A stretch of 59,222 nucleotides of DNA from an uncultured Clostridia bacterium (GTDB lineage Bacteria; Bacillota; Clostridia; TANB77; CAG-508), in contig CANQVM010000003.1 in NCBI GenBank assembly GCA_947627265.1, positions 1 to 59,222 on the forward strand, written 5' to 3'. This document shows, piece after piece, positions 31,762 to 44,876 of the stretch. Every line of letters begins with the position of its first letter. The stretch's first letter is position 1. The position numbers and the translations under genes were made by a program. The notes under the pieces were generated by a model. That model was not told the DNA's origin. It saw only the letters and a list, made by a program, of their open reading frames with translations, and made no database searches.

Positions 31762-33739
31762 ATGATAAAATTGGGCAAAAATTTATTAATAACAGAAAAA
31801 CCATCAGTAGCAATGGAGTTCGCAAAAGCACTAAAAATAACAACAAATCGAAAAAATGGATATCTAGAATCTGAAAAATGGATTATTACATGGTGTGTAG
31901 GACATTTAGTTACTATGAGTTATCCAGAAAAATATGATGAAAAATTGAAATTTTGGAGATTAGATACTCTACCATTTATTCCACAACAATGGAAATATGA
32001 AATTATCCCTCAAGTAGAAAATCAATTTAATATAGTAAAAAGTTTAATACAAAGAGAAGATATTGAGAAAATATATAATGCAGGAGATTCAGGAAGAGAA
32101 GGGGAATACATACAAAGATTAGTATTTATGATGGCAAAGCCAAATCCTAAGGCAGAAATGAAAAGGGTATGGATTGACTCACAAACAGAAGAGGAAATTT
32201 TAAGAGGAATAAATGAAGCAAAAGATTTATCAGAGTATGATAGCTTATCAGACAGTGCATATTTAAGAGCAAAAGAGGACTATTTAATTGGAATTAATTT
32301 TTCAAGATTGTTATCAATTATTTATGGAAAAAATTTAGCAAATAAAATTAAGGAAGAAAAGGTATCAATATCAGTAGGAAGGGTAATGACCTGTGTATTA
32401 GGAATGATTGTTTCGAAAGAAAGAGAAATTAGAGATTTTATAAAAACAAAATATTATAAGATTACACGGAAAATTTGGTGATAACACATCATACTTTCAA
32501 GCAGAGTGGAAAGTAAACGAAAAATCAAAAGTGTATGAATCAACAAAGTTATATAATGAGACAGGATTTAAAAAACAAGAAGATGCAAATCAATTTATTA
32601 ATAGTATAAAAGATAAAAAAGCAATTATAACTCAGCTAAAAAAATCAAAACAAAAAGAAAATGCACCATTATTATTTAACCTAGCAGAAATACAAAATCA
32701 GTGCACAAAAAGATTTAAAATAAAGCCAGACCAAACATTAGAAATTATACAAAATTTATATGAAAAAAAATTAGTAACATATCCTAGAACTGATAGTAGA
32801 GTTCTTTCTACAGCTGTAGCAAAAGAGATAACAAAAAATTTAAATGGCATAGCTAGAGGATATAAAGATGAGGAAGTACAAGGATATATAAAAAAAATGG
32901 TAGAAGAAAAATATTCTACCAACATTCAAAAAACTAAATATGTAAATGATAGCAAAGTAACAGATCATTATGCTATTATTCCAACAGGACAAGGATATGA
33001 AAATTACGATAATCTACCAGATTTACAAAAAGAAATATACAAAGTAATAGTTACAAGATTTTTAGCTATTTTTTATCCACCAGCACAATATAATAAAATA
33101 CAACTAACAATACAAGTAAAAGATGAAGAAACTAAAACTTCAGAAGAATTTAACTGTAACGAAAAAGTATGTATAGAACAAGGTTTTTTAGAGGTATTAA
33201 AATCAAATAATAAAAATACAAAGGAAGGAAAAAATACAGATAATACAAATGAAAATGAAGAAAAACAAACAAATATAGAAATACTAAATAATTTAAAAAA
33301 AGGTCAAGAGGTTCAAATAAAAAATATAGAATTAAAAACTGCAGAAACATCTCCACCTACAAGATATAATTCAGGGTCTATTATACTTGCAATGGAAAAT
33401 GCAGGTAAACTAATTGAAGAAGAGGAACTAAGAGAACAAATTAAAGGTGCAGGAATTGGAACGAGTGCAACAAGAGCAGAAATTATGAAAAAGCTTGAAA
33501 AGATAAAATATATAGAGATCAATACAAAAACTCAAATTATTACACCAACAAAAAAAGGAGAGTTAATTTATGATATAGTATATCAAGCAATGCCAGACAT
33601 ATTAAATCCAAAATTAACAGCAAGTTGGGAAAAAGGATTGGAAATGGTTGCAAAAAAAGAAATAAAGCCAAATGAATTTATGAAAAAACTTGAAAATTAC
33701 ATTAACTCAAAATTTAATAAATTAGTTATAAAAATGTAG
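31762..33739 (+). CDS. topB: Type IA DNA topoisomerase (Topo III-like), joined by a +1 shift at CGG 32467
   Basis: TOPRIM 'EKPSVA', 'DSGREGE', 'SVGRV', catalytic 'TYPRTDS', 'GIGTSATRA'. Confidence 0.9.
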
Positions 33740-33816
33740 GAAAATGATGTCAAATAATTGACAAAATGTTTATAATTTGATATATATATTTTATATACAA
33801 AAGAAGGAGGAATAAT

Positions 33817-34194
33817 ATGTACGAAAAAAAATATAAATCAATTATTGTTATATGGGGATCAATGCTACTAATATTACAAGCATTAGCACTAATAGATGTG
33901 ATTGGACTTAGACCACAATTATATAGTCAACTATCAAAATTAGAAATATCTTTTGTTGCAGTAGGAATGATAGGAGTTATTACATCATATATGATTTTAT
34001 CACTACATAAGAAAAAATCAGGACCTTATATAGGAATGCTAGTAGGAATGCTTTATATAATGTCTCTAAACATTGTAAATATAATAGCAGGAATTTTCTT
34101 TATTATATACTGTGCATGGATGTTAAAAGAATTAGCAGGTACTATAAAAACAGAAGAAAACAATAAAAAAAGTGAAAAAAATAAAAAAGAATAA
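33817..34194 (+). CDS. Small membrane protein
   Basis: AAGGAGG RBS; 3-4 hydrophobic helices. Confidence 0.75.
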   Translation: MYEKKYKSIIVIWGSMLLILQALALIDVIGLRPQLYSQLSKLEISFVAVGMIGVITSYMILSLHKKKSGPYIGMLVGMLYIMSLNIVNIIAGIFFIIYCAWMLKELAGTIKTEENNKKSEKNKKE

Positions 34195-34200
34195 TAATAA

Positions 34201-34242
34201 AAAAGACTATAACCTTTAAAAATAATATTGGTATAGTCTTTT
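34201..34242 (+). terminator. Putative terminator
   Basis: AAAAGACTATA...TATAGTCTTTT inverted repeat. Confidence 0.5.
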
Positions 34243-34378
34243 GAAATAATTTATCTTTTATGATTTTAATATTAACAAAAGTATTCTTTTTTAAAATAAA
34301 GATATTTTAAACACTTTATTTTTTAAATAAAATGTATTATAATAAAATAAATTTTATTACTTATTTTAGGAGAAATGC

Positions 34379-37300
34379 ATGAATACAATTTTAGGCGAAC
34401 TTGGAAAAAATCAAAAATTTATTGAGTTATTACAAACTATACAAACAAAAAAAGGCCCGGTTGAAATATCGGGCTTAAATGATGTGGGAATGTCACAAAT
34501 AATAACAGCAATAAATGAATTCGGAAAACAACCAATTTGTATAATTACTTACAATGAAATACAAGCAAAAAAAATATATGAAGATATAAAATATTTTACA
34601 GAAAATGTAGTATTATTTCCAAAAAAAGAAATTGTAACTTATGATTATATTGCAGAAAGCAAAGACTTGCCATACCAAAGAATAGAGGCACTAAACCAAA
34701 TTCAATCAAAAAGAAATTTAATTATTATAACAACAATAGAAGCGGTTATGCAAAAATTACCTGAAAAAAAACTACTATATAAAAACCAAATAAAATTAAA
34801 AATAGGAGATATTTATAATCTTGATGAAATAAAGAGAAAGTTGATTTGCTTAGGGTATACTAGAAGTGAACTAATTGAAGGAAGAGGGCAATTTAGTATA
34901 AGAGGTGGAATCGTAGATATTGCAATTAATGATAAAACAGGCATAAGAATTGAATTTTGGGGAGATGAAATAGATTCAATTAGAGATTTTAGTATTACAA
35001 GTCAAAGGTCAATACACACAAAAGATTCAATTACAATATCACCTGCGCATGAGTATATATTAGAAACTTCAATTGACAAAATATGTGAAAAAATTAATAA
35101 AATAGATTATGATAACTTAATAAAAGAAAAATTAGAAGAAGATATAGAACAAATAAAAGCAGGTAATTACATTAGCAAAATAGATAAATATTTTAATACT
35201 TTTTATGAAAATCAAAATATACTTTTAGAATATTTAAATAATAGTTACTGCATATTTTTAGATGAAATAGGAAAGATTAAACAAAGAGCAAAAAATATAA
35301 AGAATGATAAAGACAACTTAGAAAAATTGCTTATAGAAAAACAAAGGATAATTCCAGATGCAATAAAAAATATTTTAAATTATGATCAAATAGAGAAAAT
35401 TATAAAAGAACGACCTTTAATATATATAGAAAAACAAAATTCAATATCAAAAGTTCAAGCACAAAAATATAATTTCAATTATAGACAGATTAATTACTAT
35501 AAAAGTGAAATAGAAGAATTATTTGAAGAATTGCACAAAGGACTTAACCAAAATAAAAAAATATATATATTAGTGAGTAATAAAGAAAAAGCTAAAAAAA
35601 TAAAAGAAATACTAGATGAAAAAGAAATATTTTGTAAAATAGAAGAAAAACTGGATAAAACTATTATTATAAATTCGCAACAAAATGTTATTACTATTTC
35701 AATTGGAAATCTATCATCAGGTTTTGAAAATTATGATATAAATCAAACAGTTATTATAGCAGATGAATTAATAAGTGGAGAAAAAAGAAGAAAAACAATA
35801 ACAAATACAGCCTTTAGAGAAGGCGAAAAGGTTGTATTTGCAGATCTAAAAGTAGGAGACTATGTAGTACACAATAAATACGGAATAGGAATTTATATTG
35901 GAGTAAATACTATAAAAGCAGATGGAACAATAAAAGATTATATTAAAATAAAATACGAAAATGATGATATTTTATATATTCCGACCAGTGCATTAGATTC
36001 AATAAGAAAATACATTGGAGCAGATGCTATTCATCCTAAAATAAATAGATTAGGAAGCAAAGATTGGGAAAACTCAAAAGCAAAAGTAAAAAAGAACTTG
36101 AGAGAAGTTGCAAAAGATTTAATAGAATTATATGCTAAAAGAGAAAAGACAAAAGGATATAATTTTAGTAAAGATACTCCATGGCAAAAAGAATTTGAAG
36201 AAAAGTTTCCATACCAAGAAACAGAGGACCAATTAAGATGTATAGAAGAAGTAAAAAAAGATATGGAAAGCTATAAACCAATGGACAGATTACTTTGCGG
36301 AGATGTTGGATATGGAAAAACAGAAGTTGCAATTAGAGCTGCATTTAAAGCAAGTATGGATGGAAAACAAGTAGCATATCTAGCTCCTACCACTGTTTTA
36401 GCTCAACAGCAATATCAAGAATTTAAAGAAAGAATGAAGGACTATCCAATAAAAGTAGAAATTCTAAATAGATTTAAAAGTAAAAAATATCAAAGCGAAG
36501 TAATTAACAAATTAAAATTAGGAGAGGTAGACATTGTAATTGGAACACATAGAATACTTAGCAAAGAAGTAGAATTTAAAGATTTAGGTTTACTAATCAT
36601 AGATGAGGAACATCGTTTTGGAGTTAAAGCAAAAGAAAAAATAAAGCAATTAAAAAATAATATAGATGTTTTAACTATGACAGCAACACCAATTCCAAGA
36701 ACAATGCATATGTCAATTGTGGGAATTAGAGATATATCAGTAATATATGAGCCGCCACAAAATAGAAAGCCAGTTCAAACTTATGTACTAGAATATGATG
36801 AAGAAGTAATAAAAGAAGCAATAACAAAAGAATTAGAAAGAGAAGGGCAAGTATTTTACGTATTTAATAATGTAGAAGGTATAGAAAAAAAATCAATTCA
36901 AATTGCTGATTTAGTTCCAGAAGCCAATGTAGCTTTTGCACATGGACAAATGACAGGAAAAAGAATTGAAGAAATAATGCAAGAATTTGTAGATGGCAAA
37001 ACAAATGTATTAGTTTGTACTACTATTTTAGAATCAGGAATTGATATACCAAATGCAAATACAATAATTGTTGAAAATGCAGATAGGATGGGGCTTGCAC
37101 AATTATACCAAATTCGTGGTAGAGTAGGAAGATCAAGTAAACAAGCATATAGCTACATTACATATAGAAAAGATAAATTATTATCTGAAGTAGCAGATAA
37201 AAGATTAAAAGCAATAAAAGAGTTTACTGAATTTGGATCTGGATTTAAAATAGCAATGAGAGACTTAGAAATACGAGGAGCAGGTAGCTTACTTCGGAGA

Positions 37301-37853
37301 AATCCAATCAGGACATTTAGAACAAGTAGGGTATAATACATACTGCAATTTACTAGATGAAGTTATAAAAGAAATGAATGGAATAGAAATAATGCCAGAG
37401 ATAGATACTCAGATTGATTTAAATGTTACAAGCTATATTCCAGATGACTATATTAGTGATTCAGATCAAAAAATCGAAATATACCAAAAAATTGCACTAT
37501 GTAAAACAGAAGAAGACATTCAAAATATTATAGATGAAATAATAGATAGATTTGGAAATATGCCAAACGAATTAGAAAACTTAGTTGATATAGCAAGAAT
37601 AAAATATTTAGCAAAACAAATATATTTAGAAAAAATAGCAAGTAAAAAAACATCTGTTGTATTTATATTTAATCAAAATTATCATAAAAATAAAATAGAA
37701 TTAAATCCAACTCAATTAATTAAAAAATACGGAACTAAAATTAAGTTTTCAGCAGGAATAAAGCCAATTATAACTTTAGAAATTGGAAGCAATGATGAAA
37801 GAAAAATTTTAAATGAGGTAACTAAATTTATAAAAAAATTATTGGAAACTTAG
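34379..37853 (+). CDS. mfd: Transcription-repair coupling factor, joined by a +1 shift at CGG 37295, 1157 aa
   Basis: RID, 'GDVGYGKT', 'DEEHRFG', 'QIRGRVGR'; the shift restores 'RGAGSLLGEIQSGH' and the TRCF C-terminal domain. Confidence 0.96.
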
Positions 37854-37912
37854 TATAGTTAACTTTATATAAAAATTATTTAAACAAATAACAAAATGTT
37901 AGGAGAATAATA

Positions 37913-38707
37913 ATGCAAATAGTATCAAGTAAAGAAAATGAGTTAATAAAGCATATAAAAAAATTAAAAGACAAAAAGGAACGTGATAATACTAACGAAT
38001 ATGTAATAGAAGGTATTAAGCTTTTAAAAGAAGCAATTCAAGAAAAAGCAAATATAAAGCAGATTATACTATGTGATGATTGTGAAAAAACTGATAACAT
38101 TCAAAAAGAACTAATGTATGAGATTGCAAAAAGAGACTGTATTTATGTAACAAAAAAGATTTTTAACTATATATCAGAAGTACAGGAGCCACAAGGGATA
38201 CTTGCAATTATAGAAAAAAATAATATAAATTCTAATATAGATTATACTAAAGATATTATAGTTGCTTTAGATAATGTTCAAGATCCAGGTAATTTGGGGA
38301 CAATATTAAGGACAATAGATAGTATAGGAATCACACAAATATTAGTATCAAAGGGAACGGCTGATTGCTATAATCCAAAAGTAGTACGTTCTACAATGGG
38401 AGCTATATTTAGAGTAAAAATTATAGAATGTGAAGACCTAGAAAAAACACTAAAAGAAATAAAAAAACATAAATTTAAAATTGTAGTAACATCTTTACAA
38501 GCAGAAAAAAATATTTATAATATAAAATATAATAAAAAAGTAATTGTTATTGGAAATGAAGCAAATGGAGTTGAAAAAAACATACAAGAAATATCAGATG
38601 AAAAGGTAATTATACCAATGCTTGGAAAAGCAGAAAGCTTAAATGCATCTGTTGCTACCGGAATTATTTTATATGAATATGTAAGACAAAAACTAGAGAA
38701 TATATAG
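37913..38707 (+). CDS. TrmH/SpoU family RNA methyltransferase
   Basis: 'VQDPGNLGTILRT', 'GNEANG', 'ESLNASVA'. Confidence 0.92.
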   Translation: MQIVSSKENELIKHIKKLKDKKERDNTNEYVIEGIKLLKEAIQEKANIKQIILCDDCEKTDNIQKELMYEIAKRDCIYVTKKIFNYISEVQEPQGILAIIEKNNINSNIDYTKDIIVALDNVQDPGNLGTILRTIDSIGITQILVSKGTADCYNPKVVRSTMGAIFRVKIIECEDLEKTLKEIKKHKFKIVVTSLQAEKNIYNIKYNKKVIVIGNEANGVEKNIQEISDEKVIIPMLGKAESLNASVATGIILYEYVRQKLENI

Positions 38708-38810
38708 AAAATATAATAAAATATCATACATTAAAAATATAAAAGAAAGAATATATTTGTATAAAAAAATATAAATATATCTTATAAAATATTATATAGG
38801 AGAAATAAGA

Positions 38811-39308
38811 ATGAAATTAAATGTTGTAATGGTTGAACCAGAAATACCACAAAATACTGGAAATATTGCAAGAACCTGTGCAGCAACTGGTGCAAAAATG
38901 CACTTAGTACATCCTTTAGGATTTGATATATCTGAAAAATCAGTAAAAAGAGCAGGACTAGATTACTGGAATAAAGTACAAATAGAAGAACATGAATCAT
39001 TTGAAAAATTTTTAGAAAAATACAGGCCAGAAGAAAATAATATGTTTTTTGCTACAACAAAGGGAAAGCATGTATATTCTGAACCTGAGTATGGTAATAA
39101 GGAAGAGGTTTTTCTACTATTCGGAAAAGAGACAAAGGGATTACCAGAGGATATTTTGAAAAAATACATAGATAGAACCATTCGAATACCTATGAGAGAA
39201 AAATTACGATCTTTAAATTTATCTAATTCAGTAGCAATTGTAGTTTATGAAGTATTAAGGCAAAGTGAGTTTAAAGGTTTAGAAGAAATTAGTAGCTATT
39301 TTGATTAA
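38811..39308 (+). CDS. trmL: tRNA (cytidine/uridine(34)-2'-O)-methyltransferase
   Basis: 'PEIPQNTGNIARTC', 'RAGLDYW', 'RSLNLSNSVA'. Confidence 0.93.
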   Translation: MKLNVVMVEPEIPQNTGNIARTCAATGAKMHLVHPLGFDISEKSVKRAGLDYWNKVQIEEHESFEKFLEKYRPEENNMFFATTKGKHVYSEPEYGNKEEVFLLFGKETKGLPEDILKKYIDRTIRIPMREKLRSLNLSNSVAIVVYEVLRQSEFKGLEEISSYFD

Positions 39309-39404
39309 ATAAATAGACCATGGTGAAAGTTTTATAATATTTTAAAAATTAAAATATTTAGATTAATATTATATATTTGTCGAATTTTGCGATGAAAAGT
39401 TTTT

Positions 39405-39441
39405 AAAAAATGGAGAAGAATATTGAATTTTCTCCATTTTT
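39405..39441 (+). terminator. Putative terminator
   Basis: AAAAATGGAGAA...TTCTCCATTTTT. Confidence 0.6.
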
Positions 39442-39793
39442 ATGGTTTAATATAAAAAATGTATAATTTTATATCAAACTTAAGATTAATTTATAAAAAT
39501 TTAAATCTTTCTGATTTTAAAATCTGATTAGGAATATTTTATTTATAAAGTTTTAATTCAAATTTGTATTCGAAAAGTAAATCCAAGTACTAAAAATGAA
39601 AATAAGGAGGTGATTGTACATAACGCGCTTATTAGTAAAAAAATTTTTTAGAGTTTTAACATATTAGTTAATTAAAAATATTATATGAAAATTAATTTTA
39701 AAGTTAACTATAAGATAATAAATATGATAAGTTTAACATAAAAAATTAGCTTAAGTATGATAATAGAAATATTATTTTACTTTAAGATAAATA

Positions 39794-39822
39794 TTGACAC
39801 CTAAATAAAGTGCTGATATAAT
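39794..39822 (+). promoter_or_regulatory. Sigma-A promoter
   Basis: TTGACA-17bp-TATAAT with extended TG. Confidence 0.75.
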
Positions 39823-39834
39823 AAGGAGGAAAAA

Positions 39835-40611
39835 GTGAAGATATTTACTTATAAAGATTATTTAAAATGCATACATACATTAAGGCTAAATGCAGTTTTT
39901 AAGTTAGCAGAAGAAAAAACTAAATATAATTTAGAATCAAAAACAAATATTAATAATTATTTATCCAAAATTATTTTAGAAGATAAAAAGGAAATTGCAG
40001 AACTAATAAACACATTTTTAGAGCCAAATAGAAAAATTGAAAGTAAAAATTTAATTAATTATAGTAGAAGTTATATCGATAAAAAAATTCATACAAATGA
40101 AAAAACATTAGTATACAAATTAAAAAATAAAGAGGTATTTTTTATTATAGAGTATCAATCTATATTAGATAATACAATGCAATACAGAATTTTAAATTAT
40201 TGTATTAATATTATGCAACAAAGAACAAAAAATAATGGTTTAAATAAAGAGATTAAGCATCCGATTATAGTACCAATTATCATTTATATAGGTAATGAAA
40301 AGTGGAAAAAATCAAAGTATATTAAATGTAAACAAATTGGAGACTATATATTTGAAAACTATAAAATAAACTTAGATTATAATTTAATAGATGTAAATAA
40401 ATTATCTACAAAATTTTTGCTACAAAAAAGAAATTTATTTGGATATAGCATATTATTAGAAAAATCAAAAAATATACAAGAATTAGAAAAAAACATAGAA
40501 CTAATAATTAAAAATGTACAAAGTAAAGATGAATTAGAAAAAATACAAGATCTAATTAATTATGTACAAAATAATATATTAAACAAGGATAATAATTTGC
40601 TAAAAAATTAA
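39835..40611 (+). CDS. Rpn/YhgA-like (PD-(D/E)XK transposase-like) protein, possibly degenerate
   Basis: 'FFIIEYQS..D..M..RILNY', 'PIIVPIIIYIG..KW'. Confidence 0.7.
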   Translation: MKIFTYKDYLKCIHTLRLNAVFKLAEEKTKYNLESKTNINNYLSKIILEDKKEIAELINTFLEPNRKIESKNLINYSRSYIDKKIHTNEKTLVYKLKNKEVFFIIEYQSILDNTMQYRILNYCINIMQQRTKNNGLNKEIKHPIIVPIIIYIGNEKWKKSKYIKCKQIGDYIFENYKINLDYNLIDVNKLSTKFLLQKRNLFGYSILLEKSKNIQELEKNIELIIKNVQSKDELEKIQDLINYVQNNILNKDNNLLKN

Positions 40612-40633
40612 AATAAAGAAAGGAGAAGGATAC

Positions 40634-40981
40634 ATGGAAATTGTAGAAGCAAATATCGATTATAAGTTAATAGGGGAAAGAATAAAGGAAGCGAGAAGAA
40701 AAGCAGGAATATCACAAGAAAAGCTAGGAGAAATTATGGATGTAGCAACAGCATATATTAGTAGAGTAGAAAGAGGAAGCTCACAAGTGAACTTAAAAAG
40801 GTTATCACAAATTTCAATAGCTTTATCAACGCCAATTGAACAATTAATTAATGGAACAGCAGTAGAAAGTAAAAATTATCTAAATAAAGAGTTTCAAGAT
40901 TTATTAAATAAATGTTCAAAAGATAAACAAAAATTAATATACAATATTGCAAAAATTGTATCAGGTATAAATTTTGCGTAA
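40634..40981 (+). CDS. XRE family HTH transcriptional regulator
   Basis: 'IGERIKEARRKAGISQEKLGE...YISRVERG'. Confidence 0.92.
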   Translation: MEIVEANIDYKLIGERIKEARRKAGISQEKLGEIMDVATAYISRVERGSSQVNLKRLSQISIALSTPIEQLINGTAVESKNYLNKEFQDLLNKCSKDKQKLIYNIAKIVSGINFA

Positions 40982-41061
40982 AAATGAAAAGATATTGCTT
41001 TACAAAAACAAAGAAATAGTATAAACTACATTTAATAAACAAGCAATAAAGGTGATAATAA

Positions 41062-44000
41062 ATGTATTTAAAAAGATTAGAATTACAAGGATTTAAATCC
41101 TTTGCAGATAAAACTGTATTAGAATTTATGCCAGGAATTACAAGCGTAATTGGACCAAATGGATCAGGAAAAAGTAATATATCAGACAGTATAAGATGGG
41201 TACTTCGGAGAGCAAAGTATTAAATCACTAAGAGGTGCAAAATCACAAGATTTAGTATTTGCTGGTACACAAAACAGAAAATCTTTAGGATTTGCAGAGG
41301 CATCTTTAGTTTTTGATAATTCAGATGGAATATTACCAATTGAATATACAGAGGTAACTGTAACTAGAAAAATATATCGAAGTGGAGAAACAGGATATTA
41401 TATAAATAAAGTGCCATGCAGATTAAAAGATGTTTTAGAACTGTTTATGGATACAGGAATTGGAAGAGATGGATATTCTATTATAGGACAAGGTAAAATA
41501 GATGAGATTTTAAGTAATAAATCTGAAGATAGAAGAAATATCTTTGAAGAAGCAGCAGGAATTGTAAAATACAGGGTGAGAAAACAAGAATCAGAGAAAA
41601 AATTGGAACGAACAAAACTAAATTTGCTTAGAATTAATGATATTTTAACTGAAATAGAAGCAAACATAGAACCATTAAAAATACAATCAGAAAAAGCAAA
41701 GAAATATTTAGAGTTAAAAGAAGAATTAAAAAGTATTGAAATTGGTTTATTCATATATAATATTGAAAAATATAAATCTTCTTTGGAAGAAATTGTAAAA
41801 GATGAAGAAATATATTTAGCTCAATGTAATGAAGAAGAAGGAAGATTAGAGAGAATAAAACAATTAAAAGAAGAACTAAAATCTCAGATAGATGAAATAA
41901 CAATAAAAATAGAGGAAATGTCTAATTTAGGTTTTGAAAGTCAAAAAGAAATAGAAATGCTAAACTCAGATATAAATGTAGCAAATACAAGAATATCTAA
42001 CAATAAAGAAAATAGTATGCAATATGGAAAAGAAATAGAAGAAGCAAGCAAAAGACTAGAAGAACTAAAAGGAGAAATAGAGCAAAAGCAAGAAAAAAAA
42101 GAAAAATTAAAAGAAAATAAAGAAAAATTTGAAAAAGAATTAAAAGAAAAAGAAGAAAAACTAGAAAAAATCACAAAAAAGCTATCATCAAAAGAAATAG
42201 AAATTCAAGAGTATAAGAAAAAAATAGAGGAAAATACAGACAAGCAATATGAATTGCAATCAAACATAAATACACAAAATGTAAATTATGAAAATTATGA
42301 AAAAAGACAAAAACAATTAAAAAATGAAATGACAATACATATATCAGAGCTAGATAGTACAAGACTTCAAAAAGGTGAAATTGCAAAAGGGTTCTATGAA
42401 ATTGAAAATAAAAGAAACAAAATTGCAGAATCATTAGATGAAATAAATCAAAAAAGAGAAGAGGCTGATAAAAAATTAAAAGTCTATGAAAAAGAAATTA
42501 ATAATAATCGAAGCGAAATGCAAATAAAAGAATCTAAACTTAAATTTCTAATTGAAACAGAAAAAGAAAAAGAAGGTTATATAAAAAGTGTTAAATCATT
42601 GTTAAAAGATTGCGAAAATATTAAAGAATTAGGAAAAGGTATGCATGGTGTACTTGCAAACATAATTGAAGTACCAGAACAATATCAAACAGCAATTGAA
42701 ATGTGTTTAGGAGCAAGCTTACAAAATATAGTAACAGAGACAGAAGAAGATGCTAAAAAATTAGTAGAACATTTAAGAAAGAACAACTTAGGAAGAGCAT
42801 CTTTTCTACCAATTACTTCTGTAAAAGGAAAAAAACTTGAAAAGATAAAAGGAAATGAAAAAGGAGTTATTGGAATTGCTGCTGATTTAATTAAATATGA
42901 AAAAAAATATGAATCTATAATAATGAATTTATTGGGCAGAACAGTTATTGTAGACAAAATGGAAACAGCAATTAATGTAGCAAAGAAAAATGGATATTCA
43001 TTTAGAATAATAACTATTGATGGAGATATAATTAATTCATCTGGTTCTATTACTGGTGGATCAGTAAGTAAAAAAACGGTAAACATTTTAGGAAGAAGTA
43101 AAGAAATTGAAAAATTAGAAAAAGAAGTTGCTAGACTAAAAAATAAAATACAAGAAATAGAAAAAGAAAAAATAGATTATGAAAAATCATTAGAAGATAC
43201 TTTCGAGGGTGCAAATAGTCTAGAAAAAGAATTGCAAGAAATTGATATTACATATGCAATAGAAAAACAAAAAGTAATATCAATTGAAGAAAACATTACA
43301 AAACTAGAACAAAGATTAAAAAAACTAAAAGAAGAACAAACCAATTTAGAAAAAGAAAAAGAAGAAACGATAATAAATAAACAAGAAATACAAGAAGATA
43401 TTAATAATTTAATTGAAGATACAAAAAAATTAAAACAAAAAATTAGTGAATTTGATTATTTAAATAAAGATAATCAAAAACAAGTAGATGAACTAAAACT
43501 TGATATAACTAATTTAAAAATATCAGTTACTTCCTTTGATGAAAGTGAAACATCAATAGAAGAAATACAATCAAGAATTCAGCTAGAGATTGACAATACA
43601 AATAAAACCATACAAAACAAAGAAAAACAAATAGAGCAAATGAAACAAGACAACTTTAATTTAGAAACATCTATTAAAGAAATACAAGATAAAATACAAA
43701 ACATAAAAGAAGGAGTAAAAAATAGCGGTATAAAAGTCGAAGAATTAAAAGAACAAAGAATTGAAAAAAATACAAGATTAGAAAAGCAAGAAGAAGAAAT
43801 AACTGAAAAATTTAGAGTTATTGAGGATTTGAAATCACAATTAGTAAAAATTGATATGAAAAAAACAAAAACAGAAGATGATATGAATATAATTATAGGT
43901 AAAATGTGGGAGGAATATGAGTTAACACCTAATAATGTTAACGATTATAAAAAACCAGATAATATTGCATTAACACAAAAGAAAGTTAATAGCCTAAGAA

Positions 44001-44608
44001 AAGACTTAAGGGATTTAGGTAGTATTAATATAGATTCAGTTGAAGAATATAAGTCTATGAAAGAAAGATATGATTTTATGTGTGAGCAAAGGGTAGACTT
44101 AGAGAATACAATGACAAAATTAAGAAAAATTATCAGCGATATGACAACAACTATGAAGGAACAATTTAAAAAGCAATTTGAAATAATTAATAAAAATTTT
44201 GTTGAGGTATTTAGAGAGCTATTTGGAGGAGGAAATGCTTCTTTAAAACTTGAAGATGAGGATAACATATTAGAGTGTGGAATTGATATAAATGTACAAC
44301 CACCAGGAAAAAAATTGCAAAATATGATGTTATTATCTGGAGGCGAAAAGGCATTTACAGCAATTGCATTATTATTTGCTATACTAAAAATAAATCCAGC
44401 GCCATTTTGCGTATTAGATGAAATAGAGGCAGCATTAGATGATGTTAATGTATATAGATTTGCAGAATACTTAAAAAAATTTTCAAAGGATACTCAATTT
44501 TTGGTAATTACACATAGAAAAGGTACTATGGAGTCTGCAGATACAGTATATGGAGTAACTATGGAAGAAAATGGAATATCTAAGCTATTATCGATAAAAC
44601 TTAAATAA
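41062..44608 (+). CDS. smc: Chromosome segregation protein SMC, joined by a +1 shift at CGG 41206, 1181 aa
   Basis: True start [14 protein letters not shown]...GPNGSGKSN at 41062 (missing from ORF track); CTT C|GGA GAG gives RWVLGEQS; hinge; 'LSGGEK', 'LDEIEAALD'. Confidence 0.96.
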
Positions 44609-44661
44609 ATTATAAAAATAGAATTTTTAATAATAAATAAAATATTGAAAAATCAAATGTA

Positions 44662-44720
44662 AAGGAGAGTTTATATTGAACTGTTACCTTAAAAGTAAAC
44701 AGTTCATATGACCTCTCCTT
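44662..44720. terminator. Long imperfect hairpin after smc
   Basis: AAGGAGAG.TTATAT.GAACTGTT...AACAGTTCATATGACCTCTCCTT. Confidence 0.6.
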
Positions 44721-44876
44721 TATTAATATAAAAAAATTAAATTTGATCATTCTTAATTTTGATATAGATTCTTAGAAAAAATATTATTTTAATAGTTTTA
44801 TACATAAAAATAGTACAAGCAACATAAATTAAAAAGAGAAATATAATTTAAAAAATAATACAAAGGAGAGATAAAT

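Noticed and set aside
37913-39308. trmH-like and trmL genes as the machinery of the CGG recoding
   Set aside because: Both are ordinary, widespread housekeeping genes; nothing in the sequence links them to the shift sites, and no tRNA gene is visible in the window.
39604-39667. Perfect AAGGAGGTGA followed by a 17-codon TTG ORF
   Set aside because: SD-to-start spacing is too short and the peptide has no recognisable features.
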